A stretch of DNA of 39,284 bases from a bacterium (GTDB taxonomy: Bacteria; Zhuqueibacterota; Zhuqueibacteria; Zhuqueibacterales; Zhuqueibacteraceae). The notes under the pieces are model-generated. The model did not search any database. It was not told the DNA's origin and saw nothing but the letters and a program-made list of their open reading frames with translations. The DNA lies in contig JBIOXB010000099.1 of NCBI GenBank assembly GCA_044869275.1, positions 1-39,284 on the forward strand. The letters run 5' to 3'. Below, in pieces: positions 27,139 to 34,766 of the stretch; the first letter of the stretch is position 1, and every line of letters starts with the position of its first letter. A program made the translations under genes and the position numbers.

Positions 27139-27517
27139 TTCTTTCTTTCTTCTTATATTTGTGCCAGCGCCAGCCAAACAAAATAGTGCCGAGCTGGCGT
27201 GTCCATCGGCGTTGCGACGCCCAGGTCCTGAGCGGATGCTTTTTCTGCTTCCCACCCGCCAGGGCGGGAGGTACACGTACGGGCTTGAAGTGCTGCAGGT
27301 TTGCCATGGTGCTCTGTACCGCACGCAAGCGCGCCTCTTCCGCGAGCAGTTGTTCTTCGGTGCACAGACCCTGTTGCACCAAAACATTGATCAGAGCTTC
27401 CAAAGAGACGCTGTCTCGCCGCAAACGGCCTGCGGCATTTTTCGAAGTGGCAAAACTCTCGCGCTTTGCCGCTGGTGATTTGCCGTCCTGAGCTGCGCGA
27501 AAATCCGAATTGTCCAT
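27101..27517 (-). CDS. Hypothetical basic protein
   Basis: RBS AGGTGAGGA; SLEALINVLVQQGLCTEEQL..EE.RLR; Lys/Arg/Trp-rich C-terminus. Confidence 0.7.
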   Translation of the reverse strand: MDNSDFRAAQDGKSPAAKRESFATSKNAAGRLRRDSVSLEALINVLVQQGLCTEEQLLAEEARLRAVQSTMANLQHFKPVRVPPALAGGKQKKHPLRTWASQRRWTRQLGTILFGWRWHKYKKKERSGSAEKNLSRTK

Positions 27518-27881
27518 AGGGTCATCCTCACCTGCATAGAAGCCGCAATTCTCCTTGATCCTCGGAGATGCCTGGAAGCCGGGTTCCCGAGACCCGGCCT
27601 ACCATTTCTGGCACGGCAAAAATGTATTCGATTTGTTTTCAAAACGCAAGCTGAAAGATGTTGGCAATTTGGCAGGATTTGCTGGAGTGCAGCCTTTTTG
27701 GGGGAACCGCACCTTGCCAGCGCAGGCCAAAGAAGCACAGAATTAACACCCCGCATCAATCTTGCACTTTTCTCTTTTCTGTTTTCTTTTTGCTTTCCAA
27801 AACTGTTTGCCCGCCTTGCCGCATTTCTGCTGCACTGCCGGTATATGAAAGGCATCGACGACAAACCCCTTGGGAGAGTTC

Positions 27882-29402
27882 ATGCCGGCACTAATTGTGC
27901 TCAATCTGTGGCTGGAATTGGCAGGGAGCCTGTTTCCGGCGGCGAGCATTGTAGCCGCGGCGATTTCATTTTTGTATCTTGCCCGTCAAGGCTGGAAGAT
28001 TCGCGAAGATTGGCGCTTCGGTCCGCCCTGGAGCGTGCGCACGCGGTATTTGAAGCGGATGCAGGAAGAATTCGGCCATCTCAACCATTTGGGCTATGGT
28101 GCGCAGGTGGCATTCTATATTCTAAACTCGCATCCCTCCACGGCGCAGCGCTTCAGCTCGGTTGAGTCCCATGAAATCGAAGGGCTGATGAATTGGGCGA
28201 TGCTCGAAAAAAAATCGTTGTTGCTCACCGGTGCGCCGCGCACGGGCAAAACCACCTTTTTGCAGGCGCTGGCACTGCGCGTGGTTTCTGCGGAGCACGC
28301 CCGCAAGCTCGGATTTGCCAAGCCCCGACTGCCATTTTATGTTCCGCTGCCGCTCATCGATCCGGCTCTGCCTTTCTTGCCGGCCTTGCAACGCGGGCTG
28401 GCGCAAGGTGGGATGCCGCTCAAAATGAGCACGCTGCGCCGTGCCATCAGCCGTGGGCGCGCTTTGTTCATGTTTGATGGCTGGGAGGAGATTCCGGAAG
28501 GCAAGTCGCGGCGTGACATGGTGGAATGGCTGGAACAGGGTAAGCTGATCGCCGGACCGCGTAATCCCTTTCTGCTCGCCTGCCCGTCGGATTTTTTGCT
28601 GCAAGGGCTGAACTTCAATTTTCCACATTTCACCGTGGCGTTGCGCAATGCCGTGCTGCAAAAATTTCGCACGCTGCGCGCCGTGACGGAAACGCGCATG
28701 CCCGCGGTTTACAAAAATCCCTTTGAGCAGTACGCGGAGTATATGTTGATTTCCCCTCCCGCCACCCCCGGCGTCTTGCGGGGCGCAAAAAAAGCCCTCC
28801 CCCTTTATCATTTCCATTTGGCAAAATACCCGGTGACCAACCGCCTCTATCGCGCGTTCGTACAGGCGCGGCAGCAGCGCGCGCCCTTGTACTGGCCGGA
28901 AAAGGAGTTTGCCGGCGACGAGCTGCCGGTGGTGGGGGTGGATTGGGAAGACGCGGAAGCGTACTGCGACTGGCTCAACCAACAGCATCTGGATCACTTC
29001 AACCAGCCGCAGTGCGTTCTGGAGAATTTTGTTTTTCGGTTGCCGACGGAGGAAGAGTGGGAATGGGCGGCGAGCCGCAACGAGCGCGTATATCCCTGGG
29101 GCAATGCGGAGCCGGGAAACAATCGCGCCAATTACAATCAAGATTTGGTGGATTTGACGCGCGTGGGCGCTTTTCCGGCCGGCGCCACGCCCGAGGGCGT
29201 GATGGATATGGCCGGCAACGTGTGGGAATGGACCGCCTCGCTGGAAGGGGGAAAGGAAGAAAGGCGCATGGTCCGCGGCGGCGCGGCCTTTAATGACGCG
29301 TTTACTCTGCGTTGCACCACGCGTATGGCGCATGTTCTGGATCGTTCGCGCTTCATCGGCTTCCGCGTGGCGCGGGTGCCCAAGGAACAGGTGGAGCTTT
29401 AG
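27882..29402 (+). CDS. TM + truncated NACHT-like P-loop + FGE-sulfatase (SUMF1/CLec-fold) domain protein
   Basis: Walker A GAPRTGKTT, Walker B LFMFDGWEE; KYPVTN, PVVGVDWEDAEAYC.WL, RLPTEEEWE.AA, YPWG, DMAGNVWEW, RGG, GFR. Confidence 0.88.
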   Translation: MPALIVLNLWLELAGSLFPAASIVAAAISFLYLARQGWKIREDWRFGPPWSVRTRYLKRMQEEFGHLNHLGYGAQVAFYILNSHPSTAQRFSSVESHEIEGLMNWAMLEKKSLLLTGAPRTGKTTFLQALALRVVSAEHARKLGFAKPRLPFYVPLPLIDPALPFLPALQRGLAQGGMPLKMSTLRRAISRGRALFMFDGWEEIPEGKSRRDMVEWLEQGKLIAGPRNPFLLACPSDFLLQGLNFNFPHFTVALRNAVLQKFRTLRAVTETRMPAVYKNPFEQYAEYMLISPPATPGVLRGAKKALPLYHFHLAKYPVTNRLYRAFVQARQQRAPLYWPEKEFAGDELPVVGVDWEDAEAYCDWLNQQHLDHFNQPQCVLENFVFRLPTEEEWEWAASRNERVYPWGNAEPGNNRANYNQDLVDLTRVGAFPAGATPEGVMDMAGNVWEWTASLEGGKEERRMVRGGAAFNDAFTLRCTTRMAHVLDRSRFIGFRVARVPKEQVEL

Positions 29403-29488
29403 CCTGAATAATTCATAGCCGCAAAGTCGTCGAGCACGCTCTCACCAGCCGCTTCAATCTTGACTCGTAAAGTTAAATCTTCTCTACC

Positions 29489-31411
29489 ATGCCGCCCGAT
29501 TCGACGCAGACGCCCAACCTTCTATCTGATCCCACCAAACTGATCGGAATCATTGCCGGGTTATTTGCCATTATTGGCGGACTTTATGCCGCGGGGAAAA
29601 TCATTCTGCCCTGGCTGCGCACCTGGCTGAACCGGCGGCATCTCAAACATCGCCTCGGCGCCGAACTTTACACGCCCGAAGACATTCTGCGCGCCACCAC
29701 GTATTACATTCGCCCCAATTGCCAGCAAATCGATCCAGCCGGAGGAGAGGAAAGCCGGTTGCTCGCGCCGGTGCAGGAGGATTTATTTCAAGCCGTCGAT
29801 CGCATTCTCGCCTCGCCCAATGATTACAAATATGCCATTTTACTCGCCGACTCCGGCATGGGTAAAACCTCATTTGTGCTCAACTACTATGCCTACCACT
29901 GGCGGCATTGGCGCAAGCGCGCACGTTTCGATCTCGCCATCGTTCCTTTAGGAATTAAAGATGCCGACAGTCACATCGAAGAGCTTCTTAATGCGAAAAG
30001 CAACGATAAGCAAACGCAAAGAATCGCCGATCCCAAAAACACTGTGCTTTTCTTGGATGCACTCGACGAAGACACACGCGCCATTCAAAATCATCGTGCA
30101 CGGTTGGTGCAATTGCTGGAGTTGTGCCGTGACTTTCGCCAAGTGCTGATCACCTGCCGCACGCAGTTTTTTCTAAAAGAAGAAGAAATTCCTCGCGAGA
30201 CCGGCATGATTCGCATTGGCACAACCTCGGCCGGGCAATCGCGCGAGCACATGTTTTACAAGCTTTATCTCGTGCCCTTTTCCAATGAGCAGGTTGAAGG
30301 TTATTTGCAACAGCGTTTTCCCGTTTATCGGCAACAACAGCGCCGCCGTGCTCGCGACATTGTGCAAAAGATACCGGACTTGATTGCGCGGCCGATGTTG
30401 CTAGCACACATTCAAGTGTTGGTGGATTCCGGCAAAAACATTCAGCATGCTTTTCAATTGTATGAAGAAATGGTGGAAGCTTGGCTGGAGCGCGAGCAGC
30501 CGTTTGTGCCAAAAGAAGCGCTGCGCCGTTTTTCGGAGCAGCTGGCCGTCGATCTCTATCTCAAACGGGAAACGCGCGGTGCAGAACGAGTGCCGGAAGT
30601 CGAGTTGTTGCCTTTGGCCCGCCAATTCAGCATTGCGCTGGAAGGTTGGCAACTACGCGGCCGCTCCTTGCTCAACCGCGATGCGGCTGGCAACTACAAA
30701 TTTGCCCATCGTTCGATTATGGAGTATTTGTTTGTGAAGCGGTTTGTGGAAGATAGCGAGGCCATCCCAAAGATGATTTGGACTGATCAGATTAAGCGAT
30801 TTTTGTTGGAGATGCTGCAATTTAATTGGGAAGCAAGTCACAGGCTGTCTTTCAATCTTTCCCGCGCCGATCTAAGCGATATCGGACGTCTGCAACTTCA
30901 GCCACTTGTCATGCTCAGGTCAAGTGAAAAGCGGTTGAAGCAAGAAGAAGTCGGGCGCATGGTCAAAGGGATTGGGTTCTTTGATAAAAATTTGAACGAA
31001 GAAGGGCACGGGCTTTTTCATCTTTACGAACTTCGAAAGATTAAAGACGACGGGGTTGTCTTCGACCATGCTACTGGCTTGAGGTGGCAACAGTCTGGCG
31101 CGTCCAAGACCATAATGTATGCGGATGCCGAACATTTCATTCGTGATTTGAACAACAAGCGTTTCGCAGGCTATAACAGTTGGCGTTTGCCAACATTGGA
31201 AGAAGCCATGTCTTTAATGACCCAGAAAGGGCAGAATGGATTATATATTGATCCGATTTTTGATCGCACGCAGCGTTGGATTTGGACAACTGACAAAGCA
31301 AGCGCCGAGGCGGCGTGGGTGGTCGCTTTCAACCACGGTTATTGCAGCCAGAATCATGTGCTCAGCTACGGCCACGTTCGAGCGGTGCGTGGCTTACAAT
31401 CGAGTATTTGA
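29489..31411 (+). CDS. TM + NACHT-like STAND NTPase + DUF1566 (Lcl C-terminal, CLec fold) protein
   Basis: ADSGMGKT, LFLDALDE, LITCR, RPMLL, Y.FAHRSIMEYL (WHD); V.D.ATGL.WQQ, FAGY..WRLPTLEE, IDP.F, WIWT, AW.V.F..G, VRAVR. Confidence 0.9.
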   Translation: MPPDSTQTPNLLSDPTKLIGIIAGLFAIIGGLYAAGKIILPWLRTWLNRRHLKHRLGAELYTPEDILRATTYYIRPNCQQIDPAGGEESRLLAPVQEDLFQAVDRILASPNDYKYAILLADSGMGKTSFVLNYYAYHWRHWRKRARFDLAIVPLGIKDADSHIEELLNAKSNDKQTQRIADPKNTVLFLDALDEDTRAIQNHRARLVQLLELCRDFRQVLITCRTQFFLKEEEIPRETGMIRIGTTSAGQSREHMFYKLYLVPFSNEQVEGYLQQRFPVYRQQQRRRARDIVQKIPDLIARPMLLAHIQVLVDSGKNIQHAFQLYEEMVEAWLEREQPFVPKEALRRFSEQLAVDLYLKRETRGAERVPEVELLPLARQFSIALEGWQLRGRSLLNRDAAGNYKFAHRSIMEYLFVKRFVEDSEAIPKMIWTDQIKRFLLEMLQFNWEASHRLSFNLSRADLSDIGRLQLQPLVMLRSSEKRLKQEEVGRMVKGIGFFDKNLNEEGHGLFHLYELRKIKDDGVVFDHATGLRWQQSGASKTIMYADAEHFIRDLNNKRFAGYNSWRLPTLEEAMSLMTQKGQNGLYIDPIFDRTQRWIWTTDKASAEAAWVVAFNHGYCSQNHVLSYGHVRAVRGLQSSI

Positions 31412-31554
31412 TGATTTGTCTTTTTTGATCATTTAAACAGAGCGATCGCGCCGTGGCGGGAGAGCGGGGGCAAGAATTTTTCGGGAGCGGTTTGTGTGAG
31501 CGATGATAAAGTACGGGGTTCGAGCTTGAAAGCATAAATAAATTGTTAAACTCA

Positions 31555-31606
31555 CCTAATTTCTATAAATTGCGCTAATTCACTAGCCCAATTTATATGA
31601 TTTAGG
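31555..31606. promoter_or_regulatory. Imperfect AT-rich palindrome overlapping the RBS of the AAA_14 gene
   Basis: cctaa..tataaattg.gcta / tagc.caatttata..ttagg; extended -10-like TGTTAAACT at 31544-31552 just upstream. Confidence 0.5.
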
Positions 31607-31614
31607 ATGCTACT

Positions 31615-32751
31615 ATGATCCCTCGCGCGATTCAAAGCCGCATCGAAACCAGCCTTTTTAAAGGGAAGGCTGTTATCATTTATGGCGCAAGGCAAGTCGG
31701 CAAAACCACTCTCATTCGTGCCATTCAAAAAAAATTTCCCGAAACAGAATCGCTGTATCTCAATTGTGATGAACCGGATTTACGTGCGGCGTTGACGGAA
31801 GTGACTTCGACCGTATTAAGAGAATTGATCGGCCGCAAAAAAATCGTCTTTATCGACGAAGCCCAGCGCGTCAAAAATATCGGCGTCACTTTAAAGCTGC
31901 TCGTCGATAATTTTCCCGATCGGCAAATCGTCGCCACCGGTTCTTCTTCCCTAGACTTGTCGAATGAAATCATCGAGCCGCTCACGGGAAGAAAGTATGA
32001 ATTTCATCTCTTTCCCCTCTCACTTGCCGAATTGCGCCAGAATTATTCCAAGCTCGAGCTCGACCGGCTGCTTGAAAGAAGAATGTTATTCGGCATGTAC
32101 CCGGAAATTGTAGCCAAGCCCGATGAAGCTGAGGTGCTGTTGAAGAGCTTGGCTGGCAGCTATCTTTATAAGGACGTGCTGCAATATCAAAGCCTTAAGC
32201 GGCCTGAGCTGCTTGACAAATTATTGACGGCTTTGGCGTTGCAAGCCGGCAATGAAGTTTCTTATACGGAATTGGCGAACTTGCTCGGTGTCAATAAAGA
32301 TACGGTGGTGAACTACATCCAAATTTTGGAAAAGGCGTTTGTGGTCTATCGACTCTCGCCTTTCAGTCGAAATTTGCGCACGGAATTAACCAAGCTCCGC
32401 AAGATCTATTTTTACGATACCGGCATTCGGAATGCTTTAATCAACAATTTCAATCCGATGTCTTCACGGCAAGACTTTGGAGCTTTGTGGGAGAATTTCA
32501 TGATTGCCGAGAGAATGAAAATGAATTTCAACAATGGCAACTCTGTCAACACTTACTTTTGGCGCACGCATCAACAGCATGAAATCGATTATTTGGAGGA
32601 AAGCGGCGGCGCACTTTCGGGTTTCGAATTCAAATGGCAAAGCAGCAAACAACGGCCACCCAAGATTTTTCTTGAAACGTATCCCGGAAGCAGTGTCGAT
32701 TTCATCGATCATCGAAATTACGGAAGTTTTGTGGGCATCGAAGCCGAGTAG
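31615..32751 (+). CDS. AAA_14 ATPase with DUF4143 (PD-(D/E)xK-like C-terminus)
   Basis: GARQVGKTT, FIDEAQR, ATGSS, EPLTGRK, FG.YP, KIYFYDTGIRNA, G.LWENF, FWR...EIDY.E...FEFK. Confidence 0.92.
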   Translation: MIPRAIQSRIETSLFKGKAVIIYGARQVGKTTLIRAIQKKFPETESLYLNCDEPDLRAALTEVTSTVLRELIGRKKIVFIDEAQRVKNIGVTLKLLVDNFPDRQIVATGSSSLDLSNEIIEPLTGRKYEFHLFPLSLAELRQNYSKLELDRLLERRMLFGMYPEIVAKPDEAEVLLKSLAGSYLYKDVLQYQSLKRPELLDKLLTALALQAGNEVSYTELANLLGVNKDTVVNYIQILEKAFVVYRLSPFSRNLRTELTKLRKIYFYDTGIRNALINNFNPMSSRQDFGALWENFMIAERMKMNFNNGNSVNTYFWRTHQQHEIDYLEESGGALSGFEFKWQSSKQRPPKIFLETYPGSSVDFIDHRNYGSFVGIEAE

Positions 32752-32772
32752 CTTTTGACAACAGGAAGGAAA

Positions 32773-34356
32773 ATGACCTACGACGCAATCATCATCGGCG
32801 CCGGCCATAACGGCCTGGTCACTGCGGCTTATCTTGCGCAGGCCGGGCACCGCGTGCTGGTTTTGGAAAGAAGAGATAACCTCGGCGGCGCGGCAGCAAC
32901 GGAAGAGGTGTTCCCCGGGTTCAAATTCAACACCGGCGCGCATGAGGCGGGATTGTTCCGCCCGGAAATCATTCAAGCGCTGGAATTGGAACGCCACGGC
33001 TTACGTTTGATGAAAAGCCATGCTGCCGTGTTCCTGCCCCAGCCCGATGGTTCAGCATTCACCCTGTGGCGCGAGGCACAAAAAAATCTTGCCGAAATCG
33101 CGCGCTTCTCTAAAGCCGATGCCGAGAAATACCCCGCCTTCCTGCTGCGCCTGCGTAAATTATCGGAGGCTTTGAACAGCATCATGCTGCTCACGCCGCC
33201 GAATGTTGCGCAAACGAATTTCGAAGATTTATTATCTTGGGCCAAAGCCGGCCTCAAAATCAAAGGTCTCGGCAAAAAGGAGATGATGGAATTTCTGCGC
33301 GTGTTGCCCATGCCGGTGACGGAGTTTCTCAACGAATGGTTCGACTGCGCAGCCTTGAAAGCCGTGCTTGGCGCGACCGGTGTGGCGGGCAGCATGCAAG
33401 GCCCGCAAGCCTCAGGCACGGCCTTCGCGATGCTGTATCATCTCCTGGGCGAAACCAACGGCGGATTCCGCTCCAGCAGCTTTGTGCGCGGCGGCATGGG
33501 AGAGTTGTCGCGGGCCCTGGCAAATGCCGCAGAAGAGTACGGTGCAGAAATTCGAACCGGCGCGGAGGTCACACGCATTCTCACTCGAGACGATCAGGCC
33601 GCCGGCGTGGTTCTCAAAAACGGCGAAGAAATTTCCAGCCGCGCGGTCATTTCGAATGCCGATCCCCGGCGTACATTTTTTGACTTGGTGGGCGCGCCGA
33701 ATTTGGGCGTGCAATTCGTGCGGCGCGTGCGCAACATTCGGTTTCGCGGCACCACGGCGAAAGTCAATCTGGCTTTGAGCGGCTTGCCCCGGTTCAAAAG
33801 CGCGACCGCTGGGGAGACCCATCTCAGCGGCCATATCCTCATTTGCCCGAGCCTGGAATATCTCGAACGCGCTTATGATGACGCGAAATACGGCTGGTAT
33901 TCATCGCAGCCTTATCTCGACGTTGTCATTCCAACTATTTTGGATTCTTCACTCGCACCAGACGGCAAGCATGTGATGTCCATCACCATGCAATATGCGC
34001 CTTACCACTTGAAAGAAAGCCATTGGGACGAGCAGCGTGAAAAACTGGGCGATCACATTGTTGCTGCGCTGGCGCAATATGCGCCGAATTTGAAAGAGCT
34101 GGTTTTGCATCGCCAAGTGCTCACTCCGCTCGATTGGGAAAGGGAATACTTTCTTACCGAGGGCGGCGAGTTTCACGGCCAGATGGGTTTGGATCAATTG
34201 TTGTTCATGCGGCCTGTTGCCGGTTATGCCCAATATCGCACACCGATTGAAGGATTGTATTTGTGCGGCGCAGGCACGCATCCCGGCGGCGGCGTGACGG
34301 GCGCGCCGGGGTTGAATGCGGCGCGGGAGGTTGTGCGGGACTTGAGAAAGCGATGA
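32773..34356 (+). CDS. Phytoene-dehydrogenase-family FAD oxidoreductase (PYROXD2-like)
   Basis: IIGAGHNGLVTAAYLA..G..VLVLERR..LGGAA.TEE, RGGMG.L, ERAYDDA, LAP.GKHV, RP......RTPI.GLYLCGAGTHPGGGVTGAPG.NAA. Confidence 0.92.
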   Translation: MTYDAIIIGAGHNGLVTAAYLAQAGHRVLVLERRDNLGGAAATEEVFPGFKFNTGAHEAGLFRPEIIQALELERHGLRLMKSHAAVFLPQPDGSAFTLWREAQKNLAEIARFSKADAEKYPAFLLRLRKLSEALNSIMLLTPPNVAQTNFEDLLSWAKAGLKIKGLGKKEMMEFLRVLPMPVTEFLNEWFDCAALKAVLGATGVAGSMQGPQASGTAFAMLYHLLGETNGGFRSSSFVRGGMGELSRALANAAEEYGAEIRTGAEVTRILTRDDQAAGVVLKNGEEISSRAVISNADPRRTFFDLVGAPNLGVQFVRRVRNIRFRGTTAKVNLALSGLPRFKSATAGETHLSGHILICPSLEYLERAYDDAKYGWYSSQPYLDVVIPTILDSSLAPDGKHVMSITMQYAPYHLKESHWDEQREKLGDHIVAALAQYAPNLKELVLHRQVLTPLDWEREYFLTEGGEFHGQMGLDQLLFMRPVAGYAQYRTPIEGLYLCGAGTHPGGGVTGAPGLNAAREVVRDLRKR

Positions 34357-34357
34357 A

Positions 34358-34385
34358 GATCGTGGATCGTGGATAGTAGATAGTA
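34358..34385. repeat. Heptamer tandem repeat, GATCGTG family (one arm only)
   Basis: gatcgtg gatcgtg gatagta gatagta immediately after the stop codon. Confidence 0.75.
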
Positions 34386-34425
34386 GTTTGATGATGCTGG
34401 TGTGCGATTATACTCGGCCGGTTAG

Positions 34426-34596
34426 TACTACGACGTTAAGTCAACGCCACCACCAGAGATGTCATCCCGAAGTTTCGGGATCTTCCCGAGCGCTGGGCAC
34501 GATGTCGAAATGGACTGTGGTATCATATCACGGGAAGATTCTTCCAGAATGACAGCGCCATTTTTTTGTGCAAAAAGAGGACTTAACGTTGTCGTA
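34426..34596. mobile_element. Degenerate MITE-like element with 17-bp imperfect TIRs and a nested REP-like palindrome
   Basis: tactacgacgttaagtc / gacttaacgttgtcgta (15/17 match), flanked by ttag/ttgg. Inner tgtcatcccgaag..atcttcccg ... cgggaagat..cagaatgaca. Confidence 0.55.
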
Positions 34597-34766
34597 TTGG
34601 TGTTTAGAAAGAAAAGCCCTGTTGACGTCAAGATTCCTGTTGCAACTCTCGCGCGCAGAAGTTAGTTTGTTGGCGACGATGTTTGCCATTCGTTGCTTCG
34701 CCACACTCTTGTTCTTTCCGCTGCCGTCTTTCTCTCCATAGATTCATTTTCACGCAGGAGGATTTC

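Noticed and set aside
27609..27683. Possible sigma54 promoters (TGGCACG; TGGCAGGATTTGCT)
   Set aside because: The first lacks TTGC at the right place. The second has 8 rather than the required 10 nt between GG and GC.
29270..29375. FGE C-terminus as a second DGR variable region
   Set aside because: Many codons end in G (GCG, CTG, ACG, ATG, TCG) and the motif is degenerate, so there is no convincing NNY run.
32773..34356. Carotenoid biosynthesis gene crtI
   Set aside because: The motifs (GAGHNGL, THPGGGV) fit the PYROXD2-like subgroup, and there are no crt neighbours.
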